A DNA stretch of 64,000 nucleotides from Fidelibacterota bacterium (GTDB lineage Bacteria; Fidelibacterota; UBA8477): positions 19,251 through 83,250 of the forward strand of contig JAIPJQ010000001.1 in assembly GCA_021734065.1 (NCBI GenBank), given 5' to 3'. This document shows positions 18,664 through 28,448 of the stretch, piece after piece (within the stretch, counting starts at the first letter, position 1; every line of letters starts with the position of its first letter). The notes beneath the pieces are model-generated. The model made no database searches and was not told the origin of the DNA. It worked only from the letters and a program-made list of their open reading frames with translations. The position numbers were made by a program, and so were the translations under genes.

Positions 18664-19647
18664 TCAGTCCGCTGCCTGAAGGCATGCCACGGCTGCCACG
18701 TTCACAATATCTGTATATTTACACCCCCGGGACAGGTCATGCATGGGCTTCGCCAATCCCTGTACAAAGGGACCTAATGCTTCAAAGCCACCGAGTCGTT
18801 CCGTGAGTTTATATCCAATATTCCCGGCATCCAGATCCGGGAATATAAGCACATTCGCGTTTCCAGCTATACCGCTATGGGGTGCTTTTTTCTTGCCCAC
18901 TGCCGGGACAATGGCGGCGTCTAATTGCAGTTCACCATCCACCGCCAAATCCGGTGCGTTCTCCCGCAGAATATCCAATGCTGCCAATACTTTGTCCACA
19001 TCAGGATGCCTGGCGCTGCCCATTGTGGAAAAGCTCAGCAGTGCGACCCTGGGTTCACTGGCGATCAATTTTCGGTACGTCTCCGCCGTGGACATGGCGA
19101 TATCAGCCAGTTGTTCAGCGGTTGGTTGTGGGATAATGGCGCAATCGCCAAAACCGAAAATATGTTCATTATCGGGGCTTACCATGATAAATGAGCTGGA
19201 GACCGTCTTGATGCCGGGCTGAATCCCAACATTTAAAATAGCAGCACGAATCACATGGGAGGTGGCATGTGCCGCACCCGCAACGCATCCATCCGCAACG
19301 CCATGACGCAGCATCATGGCACCAAAATAAACCGGATCGCTGGTGAGCTCCAGCGCCTGGGATTTTGAGACCCCCTTGTGCATCCGGCGCTGGTAAAAAT
19401 CTTCCGCCCAATTTTCATACTGCTCATGATCCGTGGGTGCAAAAACCGTTAGTCCGTCCAAACTGACACCGGCGTCGTTTGCGGCTTGACCCACTTCGTA
19501 TTTTTTCCCCAATACTGTGACAGCACAAATCCCCTTGTCCACCAACTCGCGTGCTGCTTTGAGTGTACGTGGATCAGCACCTTCCGGCAGCACAATATGC
19601 TTGCTCAGACTGGCCGCCCTGGCCTGAAAATCCTGTGTTAATGTCAT
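18664..19647 (-). CDS. pta: phosphate acetyltransferase
   Basis: 327 aa. PTA_PTB-type sequence: [38 protein letters not shown] and [16 protein letters not shown]. Confidence 0.9.
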   Translation of the reverse strand: MTLTQDFQARAASLSKHIVLPEGADPRTLKAARELVDKGICAVTVLGKKYEVGQAANDAGVSLDGLTVFAPTDHEQYENWAEDFYQRRMHKGVSKSQALELTSDPVYFGAMMLRHGVADGCVAGAAHATSHVIRAAILNVGIQPGIKTVSSSFIMVSPDNEHIFGFGDCAIIPQPTAEQLADIAMSTAETYRKLIASEPRVALLSFSTMGSARHPDVDKVLAALDILRENAPDLAVDGELQLDAAIVPAVGKKKAPHSGIAGNANVLIFPDLDAGNIGYKLTERLGGFEALGPFVQGLAKPMHDLSRGCKYTDIVNVAAVACLQAAD

Positions 19648-20138
19648 GATCGCTGCTCTAATTTTTCTTTCAATTTTTTAACCACATAAGCGGACACAAA
19701 TGGTGAGACATCACCCTGGAAGGTGGCCACTTCCCGCACCACTGTGGAATTGAGGTGGGTGTAGGCTTCATGCGGCATTAAAAATACCTGTACCATGTCG
19801 GGATACAGGGTGCGGTTGACCAGTGCCATTTGAAATTCATACTCAAAATCGGACATGGCCCGCAATCCCCTGATCATGGCCTGCGCCCCGGTCTTTTTCG
19901 CGTAATCCACGATTAAGCCATCAAAATTATCCACCTGCACACCGGGTAAATGCCGCACCGACTCCCGGATCATATCCATCCGTTCCTCAACGCTGAATAA
20001 CGGCTGCTTCCCGATGTTCCTGGCAACAGTCACCACCACTTCATCGAACAGGAAAGCTGCCCGTTCAATGATATCAACATGTCCCAGCGTAATTGGGTCG
20101 AAGGTCCCCGGATAGATCGCCCGTTTCACATTATTCAT
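19644..20138 (-). CDS. coaD: pantetheine-phosphate adenylyltransferase
   Basis: 164 aa. [18 protein letters not shown] and [12 protein letters not shown]. Confidence 0.95.
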   Translation of the reverse strand: MNNVKRAIYPGTFDPITLGHVDIIERAAFLFDEVVVTVARNIGKQPLFSVEERMDMIRESVRHLPGVQVDNFDGLIVDYAKKTGAQAMIRGLRAMSDFEYEFQMALVNRTLYPDMVQVFLMPHEAYTHLNSTVVREVATFQGDVSPFVSAYVVKKLKEKLEQRS

Positions 20139-20680
20139 GCATTTCCTCGTGTGTAAAAATGTAGCATGCTATCCCCCATCTTTTTCGATTTATACAGCGT
20201 GATCCCCAAATCATCCTGCATTTCAAATTCCGCGCGCTGTCCACATTCGTATACCAGCCAGCTATTACTATTCAAATGCCGGACCAGTTGCGCCCAAAAG
20301 GAGCTGCCTAATTCCAAGTCATAGGGTGGATCCAGCAGAATCAGGTGAAATTCCTTTTCAAATTTGGTGAGAAATTTCCCAGCTTCCATGGCGAAGGAAT
20401 CAAATTGATTCTGAGCATCGTGAGTCATGATCCATTCCCTTTGCTGACGGAGATAGCCAGCCCGCTTATCCACTGATGTGAGGTGACGGGCACCACGCGA
20501 CAATGCTTCGAATCCCAGACTTCCGGTACCGCTGAAAAGGTCCAACACATGAAATTGGGACAAGGGAGGCAATGTATCAAATAAAACAGTACGGGTACGA
20601 CTGCTGGTGGGGCGCACCGGGCCACGATGTAATACGGGTAACGGATGTCCTTTCCAATGACCGGCGATAATCCTGCTCAT
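20135..20680 (-). CDS. rsmD: 16S rRNA (guanine966-N2)-methyltransferase
   Basis: 181 aa. RPTSSRTRTVLFD, DLFSGTGSLGFEALSRGA and ILLDPPY. Confidence 0.85.
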   Translation of the reverse strand: MSRIIAGHWKGHPLPVLHRGPVRPTSSRTRTVLFDTLPPLSQFHVLDLFSGTGSLGFEALSRGARHLTSVDKRAGYLRQQREWIMTHDAQNQFDSFAMEAGKFLTKFEKEFHLILLDPPYDLELGSSFWAQLVRHLNSNSWLVYECGQRAEFEMQDDLGITLYKSKKMGDSMLHFYTRGNA

Positions 20681-21898
20681 TTAGTCGTATCGAATAAGCG
20701 TGAGATTGACAACGGATTCAAAACCGTTCGCACCCTGTTGAATGGTCAGGTCATTTAAAATGAAATTTATGGGCAATTGACTCCAATGCTCCAAAATCGC
20801 ACGCATGACCCAGTGATTACCCGTAACCATAATTTGCACCGGGTTTGCATCTATTCCCCCATCGAGTTCGGTGATGATGTGGCTGATGTAATGATGGAAC
20901 GGGCCAACCAGTTTTTCCAGGATGAAATGGATATCACCGGTTTCGGGTTCATAGGCACGCGGCACCTCAATAATATATTGAAACCTACCACTGATCGTGA
21001 ATCGGTCGGGTTGATCGGATTCGTGCAAAGGTCCATCTGTAACCGGACGAATGGTTGAGAGAACCGATTCGCGCACGCCCTGTTTACCATTGTCAGTTTC
21101 CAACTCGAGACGATTACGGTCAAGATAAAGATGCGAGCGGCCACCGGATTGATTCAAAATGCCCACCAGATTGGCAGCCAGCTGAAACATGGTCTGGTTC
21201 GTGACGACCAGGGAATCCAGATTTGTGTAATGTCTCATGGGCGGTGTTGAATCAATTTCTGCCGTTACGGTGTCCGTGTCATTCAATATTGTTGTTACCG
21301 TATCCTCCTGGGATTCAATTTTTTCTTCCACTATGTCCTGATCTTCCGGATCGCTTACCCCGGGGCGGGTCTCTCCGCTGTCCGGTACTGCCGCTGCCTG
21401 TGATGATGTAAGGGTATCTTCATCGGTGGTGCTGATGTAGGAAGGCGCTGGTAAAAATTGTTCAAAAATATCCTGCGGAAGAACCGAATCCGCTAAGACA
21501 GTATAAAGGCTGTCCTCTATGCGCAGGATTTCCAGTGAATCCAACAGGAAGGGGAAATCAGTTCGCTCACCCGTAGTATCGGCAGTGTCTGCCACCGCTG
21601 GGACGGGCTTGAATTCAGCAATTATTGGATCCAGCGTGCCCTGTTTATACAAAAACCCCAGCACAATGATAATCGCCAGAGCACCCAGAACCACAAAAAG
21701 TCCTTTTACGGATTCTTTGGGTTGATCAACAACCGGTGGGATTGGTGGAGGTTCTGGTTTTCTGGTATTGGACTTTGCTGCTTTAGAATCGTGATCGGCG
21801 CGTTCAATCTGCGTATCGGTCCGGAGATTGGGAGCCACGCGCTCCTGGAATTCCTGTGGATCCAGTAATCCCTTATCCTTAAGAAGATCAATCTTCAC
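20681..21898 (-). CDS. hypothetical bitopic membrane protein, PilN-like N-terminus (function uncertain)
   Basis: 405 aa. The GTG start overlaps the upstream stop by 11 nt. The extreme N-terminus KIDLLKDK resembles the PilN INLLP peptide. A Pro-rich stretch (KPEPPPIPPVVDQP), one TM helix (LFVVLGALAIIIVLGFLY), an acidic low-complexity linker and a ~190-aa C-terminal domain follow. Confidence 0.55.
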   Translation of the reverse strand: MKIDLLKDKGLLDPQEFQERVAPNLRTDTQIERADHDSKAAKSNTRKPEPPPIPPVVDQPKESVKGLFVVLGALAIIIVLGFLYKQGTLDPIIAEFKPVPAVADTADTTGERTDFPFLLDSLEILRIEDSLYTVLADSVLPQDIFEQFLPAPSYISTTDEDTLTSSQAAAVPDSGETRPGVSDPEDQDIVEEKIESQEDTVTTILNDTDTVTAEIDSTPPMRHYTNLDSLVVTNQTMFQLAANLVGILNQSGGRSHLYLDRNRLELETDNGKQGVRESVLSTIRPVTDGPLHESDQPDRFTISGRFQYIIEVPRAYEPETGDIHFILEKLVGPFHHYISHIITELDGGIDANPVQIMVTGNHWVMRAILEHWSQLPINFILNDLTIQQGANGFESVVNLTLIRYD

Positions 21899-22826
21899 GA
21901 AAGCGCTCCCGGATCACGCTGCTGATACTTCCCAGTAGCTCGGTGTACTGGCTTCCATTCCGGATTTTGCTTTCTCGCAGATGAAATACCTGTGTGGGAT
22001 TGAAGAGCGAAACTTCCGGTCCCCTGAGCAGCCGCTCCCACCGATCCAATTCTAACGGACGTCCATATAGATAGGTATGATCCACCGGACTGGTACGACG
22101 CGGGTTCCCTTTCAACAGCGTATGCAGAAAAATGATGATACGATCAATATCCGCCCAGTCGCCCCGGAGCACGTCAAATCCAATCCCACTGTTTTTCCCG
22201 ATGGAAAAATCCGCTGTCCCGGTTACTTCACCCCGATCAATCTGAATCATGTGGTACTGTACGCCTTCACAGCCGATTAAAAGCGTACGCTCCAAATGGC
22301 GGATATGACCGGCGTAGGATAACATATCCACTGCAGAGAGACTATCCAGTTCCACCCGGCTGAGGGTTAGTCCGGCTTTATCAAATCCAATATGAAATGT
22401 CTGACGAAATTCTTCCGGGATGGCTACGGTGAAATAGTGTAAGTAATGCGTATCATTCCGTCCATACAGACGCTGATGGACCATCTGAAAATCACGATGA
22501 TCCAGGTCGTATGCTTCATGAAATTGCCAGTTCAGGAATTTTTCCCGATCAGCGCCGGGAAGCTCTGTATCCACCTTTTGAAACATATGGGGAAACCAGC
22601 GGCTCTCCACCACAGCCATTGCCTGGCGATCGGGGAAATCCACCTTCGATTTGATTTTCTCAACGATCTCAGTTATTTCATACCGAATATTGGTGCGCGA
22701 CCAGCGACTGGGATTCATATCCACCTGGGTAGAAAAGTTACCCAGCGCTTCAATATATGGTAAACCCTGATAGTCTACCAGTTGTGCGTAACGCACCAGG
22801 CCATCTGTAAATTGTGTACCGATCAT
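21888..22826 (-). CDS. PilM-like (actin/FtsA-fold) protein, probably nucleotide-binding-deficient
   Basis: 312 aa. By-eye collinearity with type IV pilus PilM covers four segments. These are IGTQFTDGLVRYAQL (N-terminal strand), REKFLNWQFHEAYDLDHRDF (the WEAExYIP region), FTVAIPEEFRQTFHIGFDKAGLTLSRVELDSLSA, and C-terminal YTELLGSISSVIRE. Confidence 0.55.
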   Translation of the reverse strand: MIGTQFTDGLVRYAQLVDYQGLPYIEALGNFSTQVDMNPSRWSRTNIRYEITEIVEKIKSKVDFPDRQAMAVVESRWFPHMFQKVDTELPGADREKFLNWQFHEAYDLDHRDFQMVHQRLYGRNDTHYLHYFTVAIPEEFRQTFHIGFDKAGLTLSRVELDSLSAVDMLSYAGHIRHLERTLLIGCEGVQYHMIQIDRGEVTGTADFSIGKNSGIGFDVLRGDWADIDRIIIFLHTLLKGNPRRTSPVDHTYLYGRPLELDRWERLLRGPEVSLFNPTQVFHLRESKIRNGSQYTELLGSISSVIRERFRED

Positions 22827-22858
22827 GGGGAGCGGTTACCCCACTCGTTTTAGGTTAA

Positions 22859-25066
22859 TTAGTCGTTTGACCAGCTTAATTCGCCATCAATGATGCGCCC
22901 GGCCGTGGTATCAACCTGTGTGAAAAAGAGGTTCCGTCTGGTTTCCACCGATTGACCTTCCAGGGGCGATTCAATTCTCAAGTTCACCTGATTGCGAATA
23001 GTTACGCGAAATGGAAGCCCGGTTACCGGACAGTGTTTCATATCCGCGACCAGTCTATACGGGTATTTCTTTTCAATTTTTGTGAATTTCTTTGCCACCA
23101 TAGTATCCAGCCAGGTGGCGAATGAATCTTTCGCCATAATGATGGATTTTTCCTGAATGCCTACAATAAATCGTGGTGACACAGACGTATACAGTGATGC
23201 TGTGGTATCTTCAAGAGCTGTAAACTGGTAAAGCCCCATGAGCACACTGTCCACCGTGAAGTGCACCACATAGGAATTCTCTCCCAGGTGCGCACGCTCG
23301 GTGCGGGTCGCTTCACCGATTTCCGCCACAAAATACTCCCGGACAGAATCAGCCATGCCAGCCTGGTAACGCAGTTCTCCCGTCGGACCAGAAGCGATAA
23401 AGGGAATCTCGACCGGGTCAGTAACCTCTGCCAAAGGCATTGTACCACGAGAATAAATACCGATGAATGAACTATCGGAAAATTCGATGACAGTATCCTT
23501 TGTGTTAACAAAAATTGAGTCATATAAGGTCGTATAATCGGGTTTTACTGATACATCCACGGTGACGGTATCGGGATAAATCACATGTTCTCCCATAAAG
23601 TCTGTAGTATCACTGGCGGCCATCTGTGTCGTAGTTTGCACAATATAATTCGTATGGGTATTTACATTGCTGAATTTACCGGTCAGCGCTTCGTACAATT
23701 CCATATTCATGTCATCATACATCCGTAAGACCCGACGAGGGACATTCACATTATACTGATCCTGTGGTATGGCGTAGACCTGCCAATCTACCTGATCATT
23801 ACGTTTCCGCACCGTATCAGCCACGAGTTCCACCAAATGAATTGAAGCTTCGTCTTCATCCACCCCAATAAGCCGCGGGGCTAACTGGACATAAATATCC
23901 TTGTTGATCTTGATCTGGTTCAGCGCGATACTGGGACCAATATTTACCGTGAAAACAATGTCACTCAAATCCAGCGTGACCTTCTTGCTTCCCATGAATA
24001 TCGGGTTACTGTTGAGCGAATCGGAAACAATGCTCAGCAACCTCCGGGCAATTTCTTTATGCGGTTCTTTATACCCACCAGAAATGTCTTTATAGAGCGT
24101 GTTTAGTCGCTCATCCAGCCCTTTTTGCATGTTTTCAATGTCAACGGTTGCTGAAAGCGTTATCTCCTGCCCGGTCGAATCCGTTACCGGAATATCCAAC
24201 CCGACGGGAATTTCACTTAAAGCGAGTACGCGTTCCACAGCCTCATCATAGATTGATTCACCATAGGTCAGCGAGTCTTCAGAATCGAATTTCACATGCT
24301 TGCGTAATTTGATTTTGGTTTTTTCCAGCAAATCCGGGAGGGTCGGTGCAACCGTGTACTCGAAGGTGATGGCCTCATAGAGATTTGGGAAACTTACCTC
24401 TCCCCGCAAACCCTCATTAGCCAGGACCGTATCCATGACCGCCTCCACCAACGGATTCGCGAAGGATTTGTCCTTGGTGGCAGATCCGGTTAACACATTG
24501 AACATACGGAACTTACCATTTTGATACAGGATATCGAACCGTTCAGGAACATGGAATCGCAAACTGTCTTCGCCGATCTGCATGGTTTGTTCACCCACGA
24601 AGTTGCCCTCTTCAAATCGTGCCCGGACAAGTTCAATAAATTCGGCAACACGCTCCGCCGGTAGATAATGGCTGGGATTCAGCGCTTCATACAATTCACG
24701 ATGCAATTCGGTATAGCGTCCTTCATACTCAGGTGTGTAATGGATTACTACCGAATCCTGGGGAAAGACAAACCGCTTTTCTCCGACAAAACTTTGACCA
24801 GAATCAGCTTGCGCGCTTCGAACGCTGTCATAGACGCCATTCACGACGTTGAAAAGGACATCCAGATCGGGTGTGTATGATTCGGATAAAACATAAAAAG
24901 CCTTTTCAGCCGTGTTTATCGCAACCATGCGTTCTCGCGCAATATCCCGCAAATCGGCTTCTTCATTCCAGATTTTTGTGGGTAACCAAATCACTGCGAT
25001 GAGCATGAGAACCAGCAGAACGATAACAATCGTGTTAATCGTATGGACGGTATTCTTGTCAGCCAC
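22859..25066 (-). CDS. hypothetical signal-anchored 735-aa envelope protein
   Basis: GTG start preceded by GGGAGG. There is a single N-terminal hydrophobic helix (TINTIVIVLLVLMLIAVIWL) and then a long soluble region with no motif I recognise. Confidence 0.65.
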   Translation of the reverse strand: MADKNTVHTINTIVIVLLVLMLIAVIWLPTKIWNEEADLRDIARERMVAINTAEKAFYVLSESYTPDLDVLFNVVNGVYDSVRSAQADSGQSFVGEKRFVFPQDSVVIHYTPEYEGRYTELHRELYEALNPSHYLPAERVAEFIELVRARFEEGNFVGEQTMQIGEDSLRFHVPERFDILYQNGKFRMFNVLTGSATKDKSFANPLVEAVMDTVLANEGLRGEVSFPNLYEAITFEYTVAPTLPDLLEKTKIKLRKHVKFDSEDSLTYGESIYDEAVERVLALSEIPVGLDIPVTDSTGQEITLSATVDIENMQKGLDERLNTLYKDISGGYKEPHKEIARRLLSIVSDSLNSNPIFMGSKKVTLDLSDIVFTVNIGPSIALNQIKINKDIYVQLAPRLIGVDEDEASIHLVELVADTVRKRNDQVDWQVYAIPQDQYNVNVPRRVLRMYDDMNMELYEALTGKFSNVNTHTNYIVQTTTQMAASDTTDFMGEHVIYPDTVTVDVSVKPDYTTLYDSIFVNTKDTVIEFSDSSFIGIYSRGTMPLAEVTDPVEIPFIASGPTGELRYQAGMADSVREYFVAEIGEATRTERAHLGENSYVVHFTVDSVLMGLYQFTALEDTTASLYTSVSPRFIVGIQEKSIIMAKDSFATWLDTMVAKKFTKIEKKYPYRLVADMKHCPVTGLPFRVTIRNQVNLRIESPLEGQSVETRRNLFFTQVDTTAGRIIDGELSWSND

Positions 25067-25079
25067 GGAGCCTCCCTAC

Positions 25080-25505
25080 CTATTCGGCGCTGATAATCTG
25101 TGAATTTTTCTCGAACATCTTTGTCCCGATCCCCTTCACCTTCATCAAATCCTCGATTTGAGTGAATGGTCCATGCTCAGAACGAAAGTCTACAATGCGG
25201 CTTGCAAGGGTCGGACCAATTCCCGATAACTGCTGCAGAGTGGCAGCATCAGCCTGATTGATATTAATGTTACCATCGGTTGCCAGTTTTTCGCCTGACG
25301 TCGGTTCGGTACTCGCAGCATTTGAATTCAATTCATGGCTGACTGCCTGAAATGTCGACATTTCCTCGTAAACACTGGCCGTTTGAATCTGAAGGACAGG
25401 AGATTGTTGAATCTTCGTCCATCGCACCACCCCACCTGCCAGAAGCGTGACACCAAGGAAAAGTAAGACCATCCGTTCCTGGGAGGTAAAGTTTGTAAAA
25501 ACCAT
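25080..25505 (-). CDS. comEA: ComEA-family DNA-binding protein (helix-hairpin-helix)
   Basis: 141 aa with an N-terminal TM helix. The C-terminus ININQADAATLQQLSGIGPTLASRIVDFRSEHGPFTQIEDLMKVKGIGTKMFEKN is a tandem HhH domain. Confidence 0.85.
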   Translation of the reverse strand: MVFTNFTSQERMVLLFLGVTLLAGGVVRWTKIQQSPVLQIQTASVYEEMSTFQAVSHELNSNAASTEPTSGEKLATDGNININQADAATLQQLSGIGPTLASRIVDFRSEHGPFTQIEDLMKVKGIGTKMFEKNSQIISAE

Positions 25506-26656
25506 TACAGTACCGATTTAATCTTTCTGAAAAGTCCGGAGCCTTTTTGGGGTTGGCCGTCAAGTTTGGCCAGCGTTTCATAAAGCTCTTTTTCCTCGCG
25601 GCTGAGTTTTTCAGGTGTTTTTACCTGCACTTTTACTAATTGGTCACCAACATAATGACTGTTTAGACGCGGTATGCCTTTATTTCTCAGTCGTAACATC
25701 TTTCCCGATTGAATCCCGGCTGGTATTTTCATATTCACTTTGCCGCCCAGTGTGGGGATTTCGATTTGATCACCCATCACTGCCTGGGGTATGCTGATTT
25801 CTACTTCCAGGAGAATGTCATCACCATCCCGGATAAAAATATCGTGTTCAGCCTCTTCGATAAGAACAATGAGGTCGCCTCGTGCGCCTCCCTGTTGCGG
25901 AGCATTACCCTCTCCACGCATGGTAATATAGTTACCGCTCGTCACACCGGGGGGAATATTTACACTTATTGCAGTCGTGCCTTTAACGCGCCCCTCGCCT
26001 TCGCAAGCCCGACAGCGGGTGCTCGGGATTCTGCCTTTCCCACCACAACTGGTACAGGGACGAACATTCACGAATTGCCCCAGAATAGAGCGCTGAACCT
26101 GACGAATTTCGCCCATACCCTGACAGGTGGGGCAAGTCCGTAATTCGCTTCCGGGTTCGGCTCCGTCGCCACCACACTTCTCACAGGTTTCCCAGCGGCG
26201 TACTTTCAGCTTTTTACTCGCTCCGGTGGCAATCTCTTCCAGCGTAAGTTTCAACTGGATTTTCAGATCACTCCCGCGATGTTGCCGTGCACCGTGCCGC
26301 TCACCACCACCAAAGAAGTCTCCGAATCCGCCGAAATGACCACCAAAAATATCTCCGAATTGCTCGAAAATATCATCCATGGTCATCCCACCGCTGAATC
26401 CACCTCCAAATCCACCTCCGGTGCCACCGCCCTGCATACCCGCATGCCCAAATTGGTCATATTGGGCGCGCTTGTTCTCGTCATTCAGAACGGCATACGC
26501 TTCAGCCGCCTCTTTGAACTTCGTTTCCGCGGTTTTATCACCAGCGTTTTTATCGGGATGATATTTAATGGCTAATTTGCGATAGGCCTTCTTGATCTCA
26601 TCTTTGCTGGCATCGCGGGACACACCCAATACTTCATAATAATCTCGTTTTGACAT
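25505..26656 (-). CDS. dnaJ: molecular chaperone DnaJ
   Basis: 383 aa. It has a J-domain with KYHPDKN, a G/F-rich region and four CxxCxGxG repeats ([32 protein letters not shown]). Confidence 0.95.
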   Translation of the reverse strand: MSKRDYYEVLGVSRDASKDEIKKAYRKLAIKYHPDKNAGDKTAETKFKEAAEAYAVLNDENKRAQYDQFGHAGMQGGGTGGGFGGGFSGGMTMDDIFEQFGDIFGGHFGGFGDFFGGGERHGARQHRGSDLKIQLKLTLEEIATGASKKLKVRRWETCEKCGGDGAEPGSELRTCPTCQGMGEIRQVQRSILGQFVNVRPCTSCGGKGRIPSTRCRACEGEGRVKGTTAISVNIPPGVTSGNYITMRGEGNAPQQGGARGDLIVLIEEAEHDIFIRDGDDILLEVEISIPQAVMGDQIEIPTLGGKVNMKIPAGIQSGKMLRLRNKGIPRLNSHYVGDQLVKVQVKTPEKLSREEKELYETLAKLDGQPQKGSGLFRKIKSVL

Positions 26657-26670
26657 ACTACCTAACTCTG

Positions 26671-27315
26671 TTACTCACTGACAATGACTTTTGCGTGCCG
26701 CAAGATGCGATCGCCCATTTTATACCCGGGCTGAAAACTTTCCACAACAATACCCGAATCACCATTTTCTGCCGGACGGGTCATCATGGCATCATGAATA
26801 TCCGGATTAAATGGCTCGCCGGTAGGATCAAAACGTTCCACGCCCACATCCTGCAAATACTTCAGGAATCGTTCATAAATCATACGAATGCCAGTTTTAT
26901 GTGAATCTTTTGTATCGTCCTCAGCCTCCTGTTGCTGAGTTCCGTCGCTATCAAATTGGGCTGAACGCTCCAAATCATCCAACAATGGCAGGAGCTCACG
27001 GATCAGATTTTCCCGGGCAAATTTGAGTGCCCGGTCAAACTCACGCTCCTGACGCTTCTTCATGTTTTCAAACTCAGCCACAACTCTTTTCATTCTGTCT
27101 TCCGCCAGAATTTTCGCTTCCAGCGCTACCGTCAGTTCTGTTTCAAGCGTGGTAATTTTACCTTTCAGCTTTTCGATTTCCTGCTCAGCGGCTGATTGTT
27201 TTTTCTTTTTATCTTTGGTTGACTTGGCTTTTTTACTTTTACGGGTGGATGCACGATCCTGCTCCACCTGTTCACCATTTGTTTCTTTGATCTGCTGCTC
27301 TTTTTCAGAGGTCAT
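26671..27315 (-). CDS. grpE: nucleotide exchange factor GrpE
   Basis: 214 aa. Coiled-coil N-half, then [12 protein letters not shown] and FNPDIHDAM...[14 protein letters not shown]. Confidence 0.93.
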   Translation of the reverse strand: MTSEKEQQIKETNGEQVEQDRASTRKSKKAKSTKDKKKKQSAAEQEIEKLKGKITTLETELTVALEAKILAEDRMKRVVAEFENMKKRQEREFDRALKFARENLIRELLPLLDDLERSAQFDSDGTQQQEAEDDTKDSHKTGIRMIYERFLKYLQDVGVERFDPTGEPFNPDIHDAMMTRPAENGDSGIVVESFQPGYKMGDRILRHAKVIVSE

Positions 27316-28367
27316 TCGAGTATTTCCACTCCTATGTTTTTTCCTACTTCATCGGCTGTATACTCAACCAGACCACAAATTTTATCATACGCCATTCGTG
27401 TCGGTCCCAGGATATGGATACTGCCTTCCATAAATGGGTTACGATATTTTCTGGATACCAGGGAAAATTGTTTTAACGCAGAGAGGCCGATTTCACCACC
27501 GATCATAATGCGTGGATTACCGCTGATGTGCGTGGTGGGAAGTAATTGGTAAACACGCCCCTCCTCAACCGCTTCCAAAACCGGCTCAATTTCACGCGAA
27601 TCTGCGAATTCAGGATATTGAATAAGCTGGTGCGTACCGTAATACTTGTATTCCGTATTGGTGAGGCTGCGAAATATTTGAAAGGCATTATCCAGGATCT
27701 GACGAACAAAATGGTATTCAGAACTGAGCTGAGGTAGATTTTCGCTCTGGGTATCGTCAATTTCAGATAACATACGCCCCACGAACAGATCCCGCAGGAT
27801 GGTTTCCGCCTCCTTAAGCAGTCTCGGTGACAGCCGGCTATCCACCTGCAACGCGGCGGTTTTCAGCGGACCGGAAGTCATTTGTACCACGATTAGCACG
27901 CGTTGACTACTCAGTTCTACCAGATTGATATCCCTGACCCGGGCACCGAGATAGCTTGGCAAACTGATGAGCACCAGCGCCGTTGACATTTCCCCTAAAA
28001 AATGACTCGTCCTATCAATGAGCATCTCCAGGTCACGGGCGAACTGATGCACTAAAGCTTCCAGCTCGATCTGTACATCCCGGCCTGGCGTCTGCATCAT
28101 CATTAAATGGTCCACATAAAATCGGTAGCCTTCCTCCGTGGGAATTCGACCGGCAGAAGTGTGGGGATGCGTTAAGAGACCCTGGGATTCCAGACGAGAT
28201 AAAATGTTGCGAACGGTTGCGCTGCTGACTTTCAAATCGGGTAATTCGGACAAACTGCGCGAGGAAACCGGTTGTCCGTCCTGAATGTAGTTTTGAATCA
28301 CGTAATACAGGATCAGACGTTCCCGTTCTGACAGTGTTTCAAGCCTATTCATTACCCGTTCCGTCAT
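27312..28367 (-). CDS. hrcA: heat-inducible transcription repressor HrcA
   Basis: 351 aa. N-terminal winged helix ERERLILYYVIQNYIQDGQPVSSRSL..VSSATVRNILSRLESQGLLTHPHTSAGRIPT, and HrcA-length C-terminal domains. Confidence 0.9.
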   Translation of the reverse strand: MTERVMNRLETLSERERLILYYVIQNYIQDGQPVSSRSLSELPDLKVSSATVRNILSRLESQGLLTHPHTSAGRIPTEEGYRFYVDHLMMMQTPGRDVQIELEALVHQFARDLEMLIDRTSHFLGEMSTALVLISLPSYLGARVRDINLVELSSQRVLIVVQMTSGPLKTAALQVDSRLSPRLLKEAETILRDLFVGRMLSEIDDTQSENLPQLSSEYHFVRQILDNAFQIFRSLTNTEYKYYGTHQLIQYPEFADSREIEPVLEAVEEGRVYQLLPTTHISGNPRIMIGGEIGLSALKQFSLVSRKYRNPFMEGSIHILGPTRMAYDKICGLVEYTADEVGKNIGVEILE

Positions 28368-28375
28368 GGCTCGGG

Positions 28376-28404
28376 AAAATAATTTTGACCCTCTCGGAGG
28401 TCAA
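28376..28404 (-). promoter_or_regulatory. candidate hrcA promoter overlapping a 20-nt inverted repeat
   Basis: The minus strand reads TTGACC (28404-28399), a 17-nt spacer, TATTTT (28381-28376), 8 nt, then the ATG at 28367. The -35 box is one arm of the inverted repeat TTGACC-N8-GGTCAA (28385-28404). The same hairpin could instead terminate ftsX. Confidence 0.35.
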
Positions 28405-28448
28405 GGTATAAATCGGTAAATGACTGATAGTTGGGCGTTTATTCGGGT

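Noticed and set aside
28385-28404. Inverted repeat TTGACC-N8-GGTCAA upstream of hrcA, considered as a CIRCE operator.
   Set aside because: CIRCE is TTAGCACTC-N9-GAGTGCTAA. Arm sequence, arm length and spacing all differ. I kept it only as a possible promoter or terminator element.
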